Assembly (NCBI GenBank): GCA_946965045.2
Contig: OX337229.1
Span: 3,162,001-3,226,000, forward strand
DNA length: 64,000 nucleotides
Origin: Epithemia pelagica
Lineage: Eukaryota > Protista > Bacillariophyta
Direction: 5' to 3'
In this document: piece after piece, positions 11,470-20,757 of the stretch
Position numbering within the stretch: position 1 is the stretch's first letter
Layout: the number at the start of each line of letters is the position of its first letter
Notes under the pieces: generated by a model
The model's database searches: none
Told to the model about the DNA's origin: nothing
What the model saw: the letters and a program-made list of their open reading frames with translations, nothing else
Program-made: the position numbers and the translations under genes

Positions 11470-14400
11470 GCACCACAATCAGACCAATACGGCGCTGCCC
11501 AGTCCCGAATTGCGACTGGAAGCCCACATCCAACAACAACCACAACAACAACCATAAAGACACCGTTCTCCAACTCAAACAACACCTGATACACTCCCAC
11601 AACGACACCCCCATCACCGAGCACATGGACGAAGCATACTTTCAACGACACGACATGCACGTATGCCTGCAGTGCAATCAACCAAGCACGATTTACACGA
11701 CACAAGGACACCTACGAAACCATCAACAAAATAAACATACTAGGACAATCACCAATTTACAAATAGTTCTCAACACCTACAGACACGCCGATGATACCAC
11801 CAAAACCAACTGAAAAGCAGCCATCGAGTTCCTCCACGGCCTCAATATCACCCCACCACCACTTCGACGAACAATGTGGCACAAACTCAAACAACCACAG
11901 CGGAAAGAATACTTTGTCGCGTACAACAACGCCGTCACTTGGATTCTCGAAGCCACACCACCGCTGAGAGAAGACCTGAAAAGAGAAACCAGACCACACC
12001 CGGGACAATCAGACGCCACTCCCTTCTGGAAACTGATCCTGATACTAGAACCGCTTCTGCTCGCACCAACGTCTATCACCGGCCACAAAAGACCATCAGA
12101 CGCGCTCCGTGCGCGCCACCAATTAATCAAAGAAGGAAAGCTACGGGATCTATACGAAGCCATCTGGAACCCCAACCCCGAATCCACCCAACCCAGCCAC
12201 CATACAACAGCGAATCCAGCCATCCGGAACCCCAACCCCGAATCCACCCAACCCAGCCACCATACAACAGCGAATCCAGGCACCAACCACCACTCCCATC
12301 CCACATCCAACAACGCCACCCAGACGACAACCACGATACCACCAGGCAGGGTGGCAGCAGCACAACGAGCCGCCGACGTGGGGAACTATTCCACCGCCTT
12401 CAGCCGGCTCACCACTCACATGCCGACAGCAACACTGACCCCACAGCGAATTGAAAAAATCAGGACCGACCTCTTCCCACCAAGACGGGACCCCCCACCA
12501 ACTACCAGACACCAAGGCCACCTCCACCGCCCTCCTCCCCCGAGCCAATTCATGCAAATCGACAGCGGACAGTTCGAGCTGGCCCTCCGACAAATGAAGA
12601 CAGGCACAGCCTCCGGCCCATTCGCGGCATGCACCGACGCCCTTGTACACATGGCCCTGCACCGGACAACCCGGGCGCCCAACTCAACGAGGCCATACTT
12701 CAGCAATCTACAACAACTCTTCCAACTCCTCGTCACGGCGCAACTCCCCCCGGCAATACACCTCATTCTAGGAAGTAACTACTTCCTGGCACTCCACAAA
12801 GACACCAACAACCTGGAAAGACTGCGACCCATCGGAATAGGCACCGCCCTACGCAGACTCACAGCAAAAGTTGCCCTGGTCCACGTCTCCGAAACCGTCC
12901 GCCCCCTTCTGATCGCTGGCGGACAATACGGAATTCAAGTCCAAGGCGGAATTGACTTTGTCGCCCACACAACAACAGCGGCCGTCCACCGATACATCGA
13001 AGAGCCCCAGACGCCAACGCGCGCGCTCCTCCTCCTCGACCTCCACAACATGTTTAATAACACCTCGAGGACGGAGGCGCGTAAAATACTCCTGCACAAC
13101 GAAGCCACGGCACCGCTCATCCCTCTTTTTGACATGCTGACACAGTCAGCCACCCCATCATGGTACTTCAACGAAAACAATGCATCGGAAAAACTCATGC
13201 AAACCGAAGGCTTCCCCCAAGGCTGCCCCCTGAGCCCGCTATTCTCCTGCCTCGTTTTGAAAGCTCTCACAAACAGGATCAACACAGAACAACGACTCCG
13301 CGCGGCAGCAAGACTCAAAAACGACAACACATACGACGACGGCAAAGGAGGCCAGGCACACACTGCCTCCATCATGGACGACACGTCCATATGCCTCCCC
13401 CACGAGGACCTCCCTTGGTTCATTCAGCGGTTCGAAGAACTAGGGAAACCTCTGGGGGTCGACCTCAACAAACAAAAAACGCTCATTCTCACCACTACAA
13501 CAGGCACCTCACCCACCGACTCCCTCCCTGCCGAAAACAAACAATGTCTCCTCCAGGCCCTCGCGATGCTCGACCCCCTCCACCCCGAGCAACGCGAAAT
13601 CACGGGAGGCACGAGATTTCTGGGCCAACCCATCGGTTCCCAGGATTTCGCAAAACATTTCATCAACTTACGACTCCGAGCCATGGCAGCCAAAATGGAC
13701 CTCCTGGCGCACCTTCCCGACCTCCAGACACGCAGCCACCTGTTCCGCTATTCGGTGGTTCCATCCATTCTCCACCTTCTCCCAGCGGACATTGTACTCG
13801 CCCACCCAGCACCACAAATCACCACCACCCAATGGCGCAGCCCAACGACGGCAGAAACACAACGCCTCGTCACCAAATTCCTCTCCCAGGTCACGGCCCT
13901 CCCCACGGACGACATCACGACCACAGCCACTCTCATCGCGTCTCTGCCAAACCGTCTCGGCGGACTCGGTTACAACGACGCCTCGGCGGCAGCAAGACCC
14001 TCCATGATCACCCAAACGGCCCGAACAATCAAACTGGCGGCCTCCACCGAGACTCCGGTCCCTGGACCACACAAACACTTTTGGTCAGACTGGGAACACA
14101 GCGACCTCCCATGGCTCGTCACTTACCGGCGCTCCATCGCCCTATACACACACGAATTCGCTCCAGACGCCATCAGCAACCCAGCACACTTCGACCGCAC
14201 CACACATCGTAACCTGCTCCATCATACCATGGTGGAACACACCGTTCCAGCATTGATAGAAGCCACTCCACCAGAATTGCGCCCCTCCCTCCCTTCGGCC
14301 CTTTCTCCCCTCACGAGCCTCGCGCTACACCTCCCCAGAACCGCCGAAGCCTTTCGTCTCGACAACGCCACCTTCTCCACGGCAATCAAACGTAAACTCC

Positions 14401-15392
14401 GCCTACCCGTCTTACCCGTTTCCCTCCGTGGACACAGGTGCACATGCCCAGCTGCTCCCGAGTTGGATCCAGAAGGCGACCATTTCTTTTCTTGCGCAGC
14501 CGCCCACAAAACCGCCCTTTCTAACACCATCCGCGACGCCGTCTTTGACGTGCTTCAGCACTTGGCCCCTCAGGCCGGCATCGTCGAAGACCACCGAGAT
14601 GTCCACATTGAGCCGCCTGGTCTGGCTCCCCAGCACTCACGCAACATTCGACCCGCGGACGTTGGTTTATTGTTGCGTCAACCACACAAGAACGAGCCTT
14701 TCCAATACGTGGCTCTCGATGTTACCATTCCTCCTCCACCGACACGAACGCCCATTCCCGACCCGGCCGACCACAACGCCCTTGCCTCCGCCGCTTCAAG
14801 GCCGCATCAGGAATCAGCGCGCTCCAAGTTCTGTCGAGATGACGACACCGCTTCGCACCTCCTCCGCAACGGTATCTATCTTCTTCCATTCACTATCGAT
14901 CATTTGGGCTCCATGGGCTCATTTGCACAATCCTTCCTCTTCCATCAAGATGATCTGCCACACCCATTCTCCTCCGCCGTCCCCCCTTCATGGCCTGATA
15001 CCCACTTCGGACGCAACCAAACAAGATCCAAAACTCATCCAGCCGCCTTTGCACTGTACGAACAATTACCGGCACTCCCTGGCAATCTCGCCGCCAAAGC
15101 CAACAACAACACCCCCGGTTTTTCATTTCCGGAAGCGCACATCAACTCCATCGGTCATTTTGCGAGGGCCTCTTTATCACACGCAATTGTTTCCTCTCTC
15201 GCCACACATCTAAACAAACAAATTTCCACACTTCGAGCAACTGAATACAACAGCCGTATACAAAAAACCCAGAGGGCAAGACTTGAAAGAATGGGCTTTG
15301 CCCCACTTCCCGCCCTATACACCCCTTTCTCACTAGCAAACTTCTTCCCTTCCCACCACCCACCCCACCAGATAGGCGGCCCCGCCGCTTAG
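11466..15392 (+). CDS. Retrotransposon ORF2: two C2H2 zinc fingers, reverse transcriptase, Cys/His knuckle and restriction-like endonuclease; one in-frame TGA at 11811-11813
   Basis: ORFs 11466-11813 and 11874-15392 share a frame. Motifs: CPVPNC..HLIHSH, CLQC..HQQNKH, LRPIGIG, LDLHNMFN, GFPQGCPLSP, SIMDD, FLGQPIG, CTC..GDHFFSC, RPADV..ALDVT. Confidence 0.9.
12159..12278 (+). repeat. 60-bp tandem duplication inside retroelement ORF2
   Basis: Two copies differing at one base; they encode AI(W/R)NPNPESTQPSHHTTANP twice. Confidence 0.95.
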
Positions 15393-15485
15393 CAGCACAC
15401 GCACAACACTAGCTAACTAAAATAAAAAAAAAAAAAAATTCGACGACAAAAAGATAAAACGAAAGGGTCGGCCCATCCAAACATC

Positions 15486-16967
15486 ATGGTTCATACCCTC
15501 TCATTGGCCACTGTATCGTGTTCGACTTTGCAAACGCTCCTTGTCCTAATACTTCTGGGGGAAGGAGAAGCTCTTGTCTGTCCACAAAAGATTATTGGAT
15601 GCCGTATATCTTCTTCTTGTGATGGAAGATACCAACATGATGTTTTCAGGGGCAACAGAGAATCAAAGTTTGCTTCTATTCCATACACCGCCGCTCGTCG
15701 TCCAGCGAATCCATCTATGCCATCCCTAAGTTTGGCTCCTGTTTCCGCCATCCAGTCTATTCTACATAATGATCGGTCGTTTTGCTTGACAGCTGTCCTC
15801 ATGCTAAGCACCTTTGGAATCTTTCTGGAGCGACGAACATTGGTTGGCAAGGCTTTGTCTGCTCCTCTTGCAACAATGGCAGCTGGATTGATAGTCGCCA
15901 ACATTGGAATCATTCCCTTTTCTTCACCGATCTACGCGGCAATCAATACATATCTAGTTCCGCTTGCCGTCCCCATGCTATTATTTGACAGCAATCTACG
16001 CCGTGTTTTCCGGGACACAGGACCTTTACTGGCCGCGTTTGGCGTTGGTGCGATGGCAACGATGGTTGGTACACTGTTGGCCTACCCTCTCCTTCCGATG
16101 AGGTCACTGGGAAGCGACGGGTGGAAGGTTGCATGCGCTCTTGCAGCAAGACATATTGGCGGAGCGATCAACTTTGTGGCAGTAGCCGAAACCTTGAGTA
16201 TTTCCAGCACAGTCGTTTCTGCTACGATCGCAGCTGACAACGTTGTTGTTGCGCTTTATTTCTCCTTTTTATTTGCCATATCCAAACACGGGGAAAACGA
16301 TTATGCTGACAAATCGAGGATGGAAGCTAGCACTAATTCGGAACCGTCAAAATCAGCAACGAATGACTGGGCTGAACAATCACCACAAGATGGGGAAAAC
16401 GCAGTCAGTGACTCGTCGACTTTCTCACTTCCTATCATGGCTTTAGCACTATGTGTATCCTCTGTTCTGGTAACATGTGGTGGGATTTTGACAAAGATGC
16501 TTCTCCCTCCAGGTACCTCGGCTCTTCCGTTGACGTCGGTCTTGACCGTATTCTCTGCCACCGTATTTGCTCCGTTCTTTTCCAAGATTCGAGATGCAGG
16601 TAACCCACTCGGTATTTTTCTCATTCAAATGTTCTTTGCTGCATCTGGAGCAGCCGGATCAATCAGGCTAGTGATGCAACAAGCACCCTCACTTTTTGCA
16701 TTCTCATCCCTTCAAATTGCAATTCACTTTGGATTCATCATGTCCGTTGGTCGACGACTGCTTCGTATGGATTCTCGCAACCTGTTCCTTGCTTCGAATG
16801 CTAACGTTGGGGGACCTACGACTGCAGCGGCAATGGCTCAGGCGAAGGATTGGAAACGATTGGTTCTTCCTGCTCTTCTTGTCGGTATCCTTGGTTACTC
16901 TACAGCTACAGCGCTTTCTCTTGCTTTAGGGCCAATTCTGCTGAAACTACCGACAGTAGCCCCATAG
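15486..16967 (+). CDS. DUF819-family multi-pass membrane protein with N-terminal targeting peptide
   Basis: YLVPLAVPMLLF, LAARHIGGAINFVAV and LASNANVGGPTTAAAMA, plus many hydrophobic helices. Confidence 0.85.
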   Translation: MVHTLSLATVSCSTLQTLLVLILLGEGEALVCPQKIIGCRISSSCDGRYQHDVFRGNRESKFASIPYTAARRPANPSMPSLSLAPVSAIQSILHNDRSFCLTAVLMLSTFGIFLERRTLVGKALSAPLATMAAGLIVANIGIIPFSSPIYAAINTYLVPLAVPMLLFDSNLRRVFRDTGPLLAAFGVGAMATMVGTLLAYPLLPMRSLGSDGWKVACALAARHIGGAINFVAVAETLSISSTVVSATIAADNVVVALYFSFLFAISKHGENDYADKSRMEASTNSEPSKSATNDWAEQSPQDGENAVSDSSTFSLPIMALALCVSSVLVTCGGILTKMLLPPGTSALPLTSVLTVFSATVFAPFFSKIRDAGNPLGIFLIQMFFAASGAAGSIRLVMQQAPSLFAFSSLQIAIHFGFIMSVGRRLLRMDSRNLFLASNANVGGPTTAAAMAQAKDWKRLVLPALLVGILGYSTATALSLALGPILLKLPTVAP

Positions 16968-17023
16968 AGCAGAAGTGATGTTTGCTGTTACATATTTCTG
17001 CCATTATTTATAACCGAACCACT

Positions 17024-18744
17024 TCAGTTCGCTATCCGTCTTCCGTCAAGCGCAAGGTGGCGAATAGAATGCTTGCCAAGTATGGCGACTGCGCGTCTAT
17101 GGGCATATGGAGCACTAGCTCTGAAAATGTCGAAATCAGGGTCTCCAGAAAGAGCAATTCCTTCCAAAAGACCAAGGCCTCGAGTGACCAGGGCAAAGAA
17201 GGGGGGGACACTGAACGGGTACTTAAAGAAGACCTCGTTCAGCTCATTCGACACATCCATCAGTTTCTTTTTGCGTTTGCGTAGATCTGATCCGCCCTCC
17301 ACAACTGCAACAGTGAGAATTTTTTGGATGAGAGGTTTAAGGTCTCTCGAATCGAAGTCGTGTGGAAGAAAACCCAATTCAATTGCATCTTCTGATACCA
17401 AGGCTTCGAAATCCCTAACTAGCAAATGGACTATGGCCTTGGTGATGGCATTTCGTGACTTTTCGTCAACTTTCGTACATAGTCCGAAGTCAAGCAAACA
17501 GAGCTTTCCGTGCCGATCCACGAGGAGGTTACCAGGATGAGGGTCAGCGTGGAAGTTTCCCATGTCCAACAGTTGTGTTAAAAAACTGGTGATTGGGGAT
17601 AAGAATCAGTCGAAAAATGGTGAGAAAAATCCGCAGGCAAAGTTTTTAGGACGATCCATGAACTTACAGTTCCACGCCAACAGGGATCAATTTACGAATC
17701 TGATCGCGAGATGAATCCGCAAGCTTGACGCCATCAATCCATTGAGATGTAAGCACACGTTCCGTTGTGAGATGATTATATACACGAGGTATGGTGACGT
17801 CACATTTTCGTCGTTCGAGTTCGTTCTTAAATTTGGTTTGGTTTGCGGCTTCTTCGCAATAGTCCAGTTCTCCATAGCTACCAGAGGCGAATGATTCGTA
17901 GAGAGCTTTATGGAAAGGAGGTTGGTTTGTCAATACTGAAGTAAAGCAATCAACCATCACTCCCAACTTTTGAAGTAGATACAGGTCCAGACTAAAGGAC
18001 CTCCTCATATTTGGCCGCTGTACTTTTACCGCCACTTCTTCCCCCGAGGATCGAAGTTTCGCCTTGTAAACCTGACCCAACGAAGCTGAGGCAACAAGCT
18101 TGACATCTTGGAACACCTCATCTATATTTGCTATATCCAGCTCTGTCCGAATCACATCCATTGCTACGTCATCCGATACAGGTCGTACTGCGTCACACAG
18201 CTTCTGAAGCTCTTTCAAAACTGAGGGTGGTACAAGGTCTGGTCTGATGGAAAGCTGCTGGCCAGCTTTCACAAATGCAGGTCCGAGATTTGTCAATGCT
18301 TCCCTAAGATCCGAAGCGTGCTTTTTTTGGAGTGAAATGTTTTCCTCGAGGGTCCTGTGTTTGTCCGAGATTTGTCAATGCTTCCCTAAGATCCGAAGCG
18401 TGCTTTTTTTGGAGTGAAATGTTTTCCTCGAGGGTCCTGTGTTTGATAAGAACAAAGTCTCTGAAATAACCAGCAGCCAGAGGGCTAAGTTCCTTCAGAA
18501 TGGATGCCAGACGTTTCACGGTGGTCACTGGACGACATGACCAGTAATGGTTCAGCTGATCCCAATCATATTTACGTGGGAGAGGCTCCGTCGAGCGGTT
18601 CTCGTAGTGATATTCAGTCGAGTAGGCTCCCGTGACAACCCCAACTCCCATTAACGCTCCTGCAGAAGTTAATGGGTAACCCCCGAGAAGACGAACGGTC
18701 CTCGAAGCCATCGTTGAGATATCCACCTTTGCGTCTTTGAACAC
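17024..18744 (-). pseudogene. ABC1/AarF atypical kinase, frameshifted by an 82-bp tandem duplication (or an assembly artefact); intron 17586-17667; 5' start unresolved
   Basis: LGPAFVKAGQQLSIRPDL, ASASLGQVYKA, VAVKVQRP and FHADPHPGNL..LLDFG are present. The upstream frame ends in a premature stop inside the duplicated segment. Confidence 0.8.
18281..18444. repeat. Exact 82-bp tandem duplication
   Basis: gtccgagatt...gtcctgtgttt occurs at 18281-18362 and again at 18363-18444. Confidence 0.95.
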
Positions 18745-19420
18745 CTATCTTTGTGAGTCATTCCACAACAACACGCTCAAAAAGTGGTCGATATTTCGCC
18801 TCTGCGCTTTGCGTTCCGAGTGGACGTGGTTTTTCGGCCGCTGATTCGTCAGACAACGTCAGTTTTGCTCTTGGTCGTGGTCTTCTTTCAATAGTCGTAC
18901 AACGTACTCCTACCTCCTACTCCTTGCCATACCCATGTAAAATAGCACGGTATAAAAATTGTGATCTTTAGGAATTACGAGGAATTGCTAGGGGGAATGA
19001 GGAATCCACAGTGCCACTGCCACGTGCGACGAGAAATGACTGCAACTGCTGGAGGAGGAACAGCCAGATGGCGGAAGATTCATGTCGCAGTGTCAAGAAC
19101 GCGAACCGGGAATGGAACGTGGCGACACGTATGGCGAGATCCATATAGGGGTACCGCACTCCTACCTTACAATACTCGTAGAGGATGTAGGAGTATGATG
19201 CATTTTTGCAGGTAGCTAGACACCAGCTGGGTAGAGTAGGTAGTACGGAAGTACGGAAGTTTGACCATAGTACTCCTACTCCCGCTTTGAGATAAGTTTC
19301 ATTGAATATTGGTTTCAACGTTTCGCCCTCTTTAGAAGCCATGTTAACATGCGGAGCTTGATGCGGAGCTTGCAACGTCTTGTGCTGTATCAGCTTTCTG
19401 ATCCTCATTCTCGCGAAGGC

Positions 19421-20407
19421 CTACTTTTTGCCTCCTCTGAAAGACATCATCATGCGGACTTTGTTTACCGACTTTCGTGCTACTCGATCATTTCCGTCCT
19501 TACTGGTATTCTTGAAGTTAGTGAATCGTTTCGAAGAATTCAGCCCAACTTTCGCGTCCTTCTCATCTTGCGCTCCAATTTCACGAGCACGTTTCGCAGC
19601 ATCGACCGAGGTCTTCAATCCAATCGACCGAATTTTTTCCCAATCAAGATCTATTTTTCCTTTGATTCTTTGTTTCCTTGTCTCAGTGACTATGTCCTGC
19701 ACATGCTTGATTCGTGCACTTTCTCGTTTTTGATCATAGACAATAACTTCCTCCAGACCTCTCAAAGTGTTTTCTTTCTCGTCGAAAGGCATTCTCGACT
19801 TCTTGTGTTTCTCCCACCGGAAAGTTGTTAATTCAACATCTGCGTCACATCTCCGAAAATCCTCATCCTGCATAAAATAGGCCTTCAACTCAGCCTCCGT
19901 GAAGGCGTCCCCTTCATCTTTATGGATTGTCAAATCGTCGTCGACTTTAACTTTCCGATTAGCCAAGTCCCCGGCTGTTGGGGAAGGATCTGGGTGGGCA
20001 TGGCTGCGTTCCGACCGATTGGCGTAGCTTGCGAACTCGTCGTAGCGATTCATACTTCCTCGCAGCTGTGATGGGTCAAACCCATTTGATCCCCGCTTTA
20101 GATTGTTAATACTCTTCAGTGCCGCGTTTGGGTCACTGTCCTCAGAATTTGCAGAGCCATTTTCGACGACCTCTCCATCAGCTAAAGTTTGTTCGACGGC
20201 TGATTTTTGTTCACTCGATTGTTTCTGTTTTTCTTCCTCAACCGTCACCTTTTTTATTGTTGGGGATTGACCGCCCTTATTTTGAACAGTCACCGCGGCA
20301 TCATCTTGATTCTTCCTTTGTGAATTATCTTTCAGCACGGATTTTGAGCTTCCCTTTGACTTGTCTTGTTTCCTTAGACGTCGACGAAACATGTCACTGG
20401 TGGACAA
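19421..20407 (-). CDS. Hypothetical protein (disordered N-terminus, helical C-terminal domain with RGLE motif)
   Basis: 328-aa ORF. The C-terminal RGLE...D.D.EKI...S..A...A..IG..DE pattern resembles a common diatom family of unknown function (from recall). Confidence 0.65.
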   Translation of the reverse strand: MSTSDMFRRRLRKQDKSKGSSKSVLKDNSQRKNQDDAAVTVQNKGGQSPTIKKVTVEEEKQKQSSEQKSAVEQTLADGEVVENGSANSEDSDPNAALKSINNLKRGSNGFDPSQLRGSMNRYDEFASYANRSERSHAHPDPSPTAGDLANRKVKVDDDLTIHKDEGDAFTEAELKAYFMQDEDFRRCDADVELTTFRWEKHKKSRMPFDEKENTLRGLEEVIVYDQKRESARIKHVQDIVTETRKQRIKGKIDLDWEKIRSIGLKTSVDAAKRAREIGAQDEKDAKVGLNSSKRFTNFKNTSKDGNDRVARKSVNKVRMMMSFRGGKK

Positions 20408-20757
20408 GTGTGGGGCACAAGCGAATCTTGAAAACGTTCAGTCTCTCTCTGTTATCTCGAATCCGCATCTGACATCCAAACAAGTAGAGCCGGTGCCTTT
20501 GAACACAGAAAGAGATGCGTCAACAAATGAGACAGTCTGATATCCTCACAGAGAAATCGGTAACAGAAGCAAAAGTCACGAGATGAAATGTTTTTCAGGA
20601 AGCAAGAAGCAAAGATGCAATATCCTTCGTGTAATGATTCTCTCTTCTCCATTCGTTGTCTGATTATTTTTTCTGCCACCGGTAAGGATACTTTTGCTGT
20701 TACCCCCAAGCACCGGGTGAGTGTGAATCCCGCCTGAGTCGGAGAAAATGTGCATTC

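Larger units (their letters stand above)
7760..15438 (+). mobile_element. CRE-like (RLE-type) non-LTR retrotransposon, apparently near full length; 5' boundary approximate
   Basis: Abrupt shift to a C/A-rich plus strand. Contains ORF1 and a zinc-finger/RT/RLE ORF2, and ends in AATAAA plus A15 (15421-15438). Confidence 0.9.

Noticed and set aside
7812-14636. Many long antisense and alternate-frame ORFs across the retrotransposon
   Set aside because: The extreme C/A strand bias depletes stop codons in other frames; the products are low-complexity with no motifs.
20559-20705. Short inverted match GGTAACAGAAGCAAAAGT / ACTTTTGCTGTTACC
   Set aside because: Needs a 3-nt gap and spans the element junction; likely coincidental.
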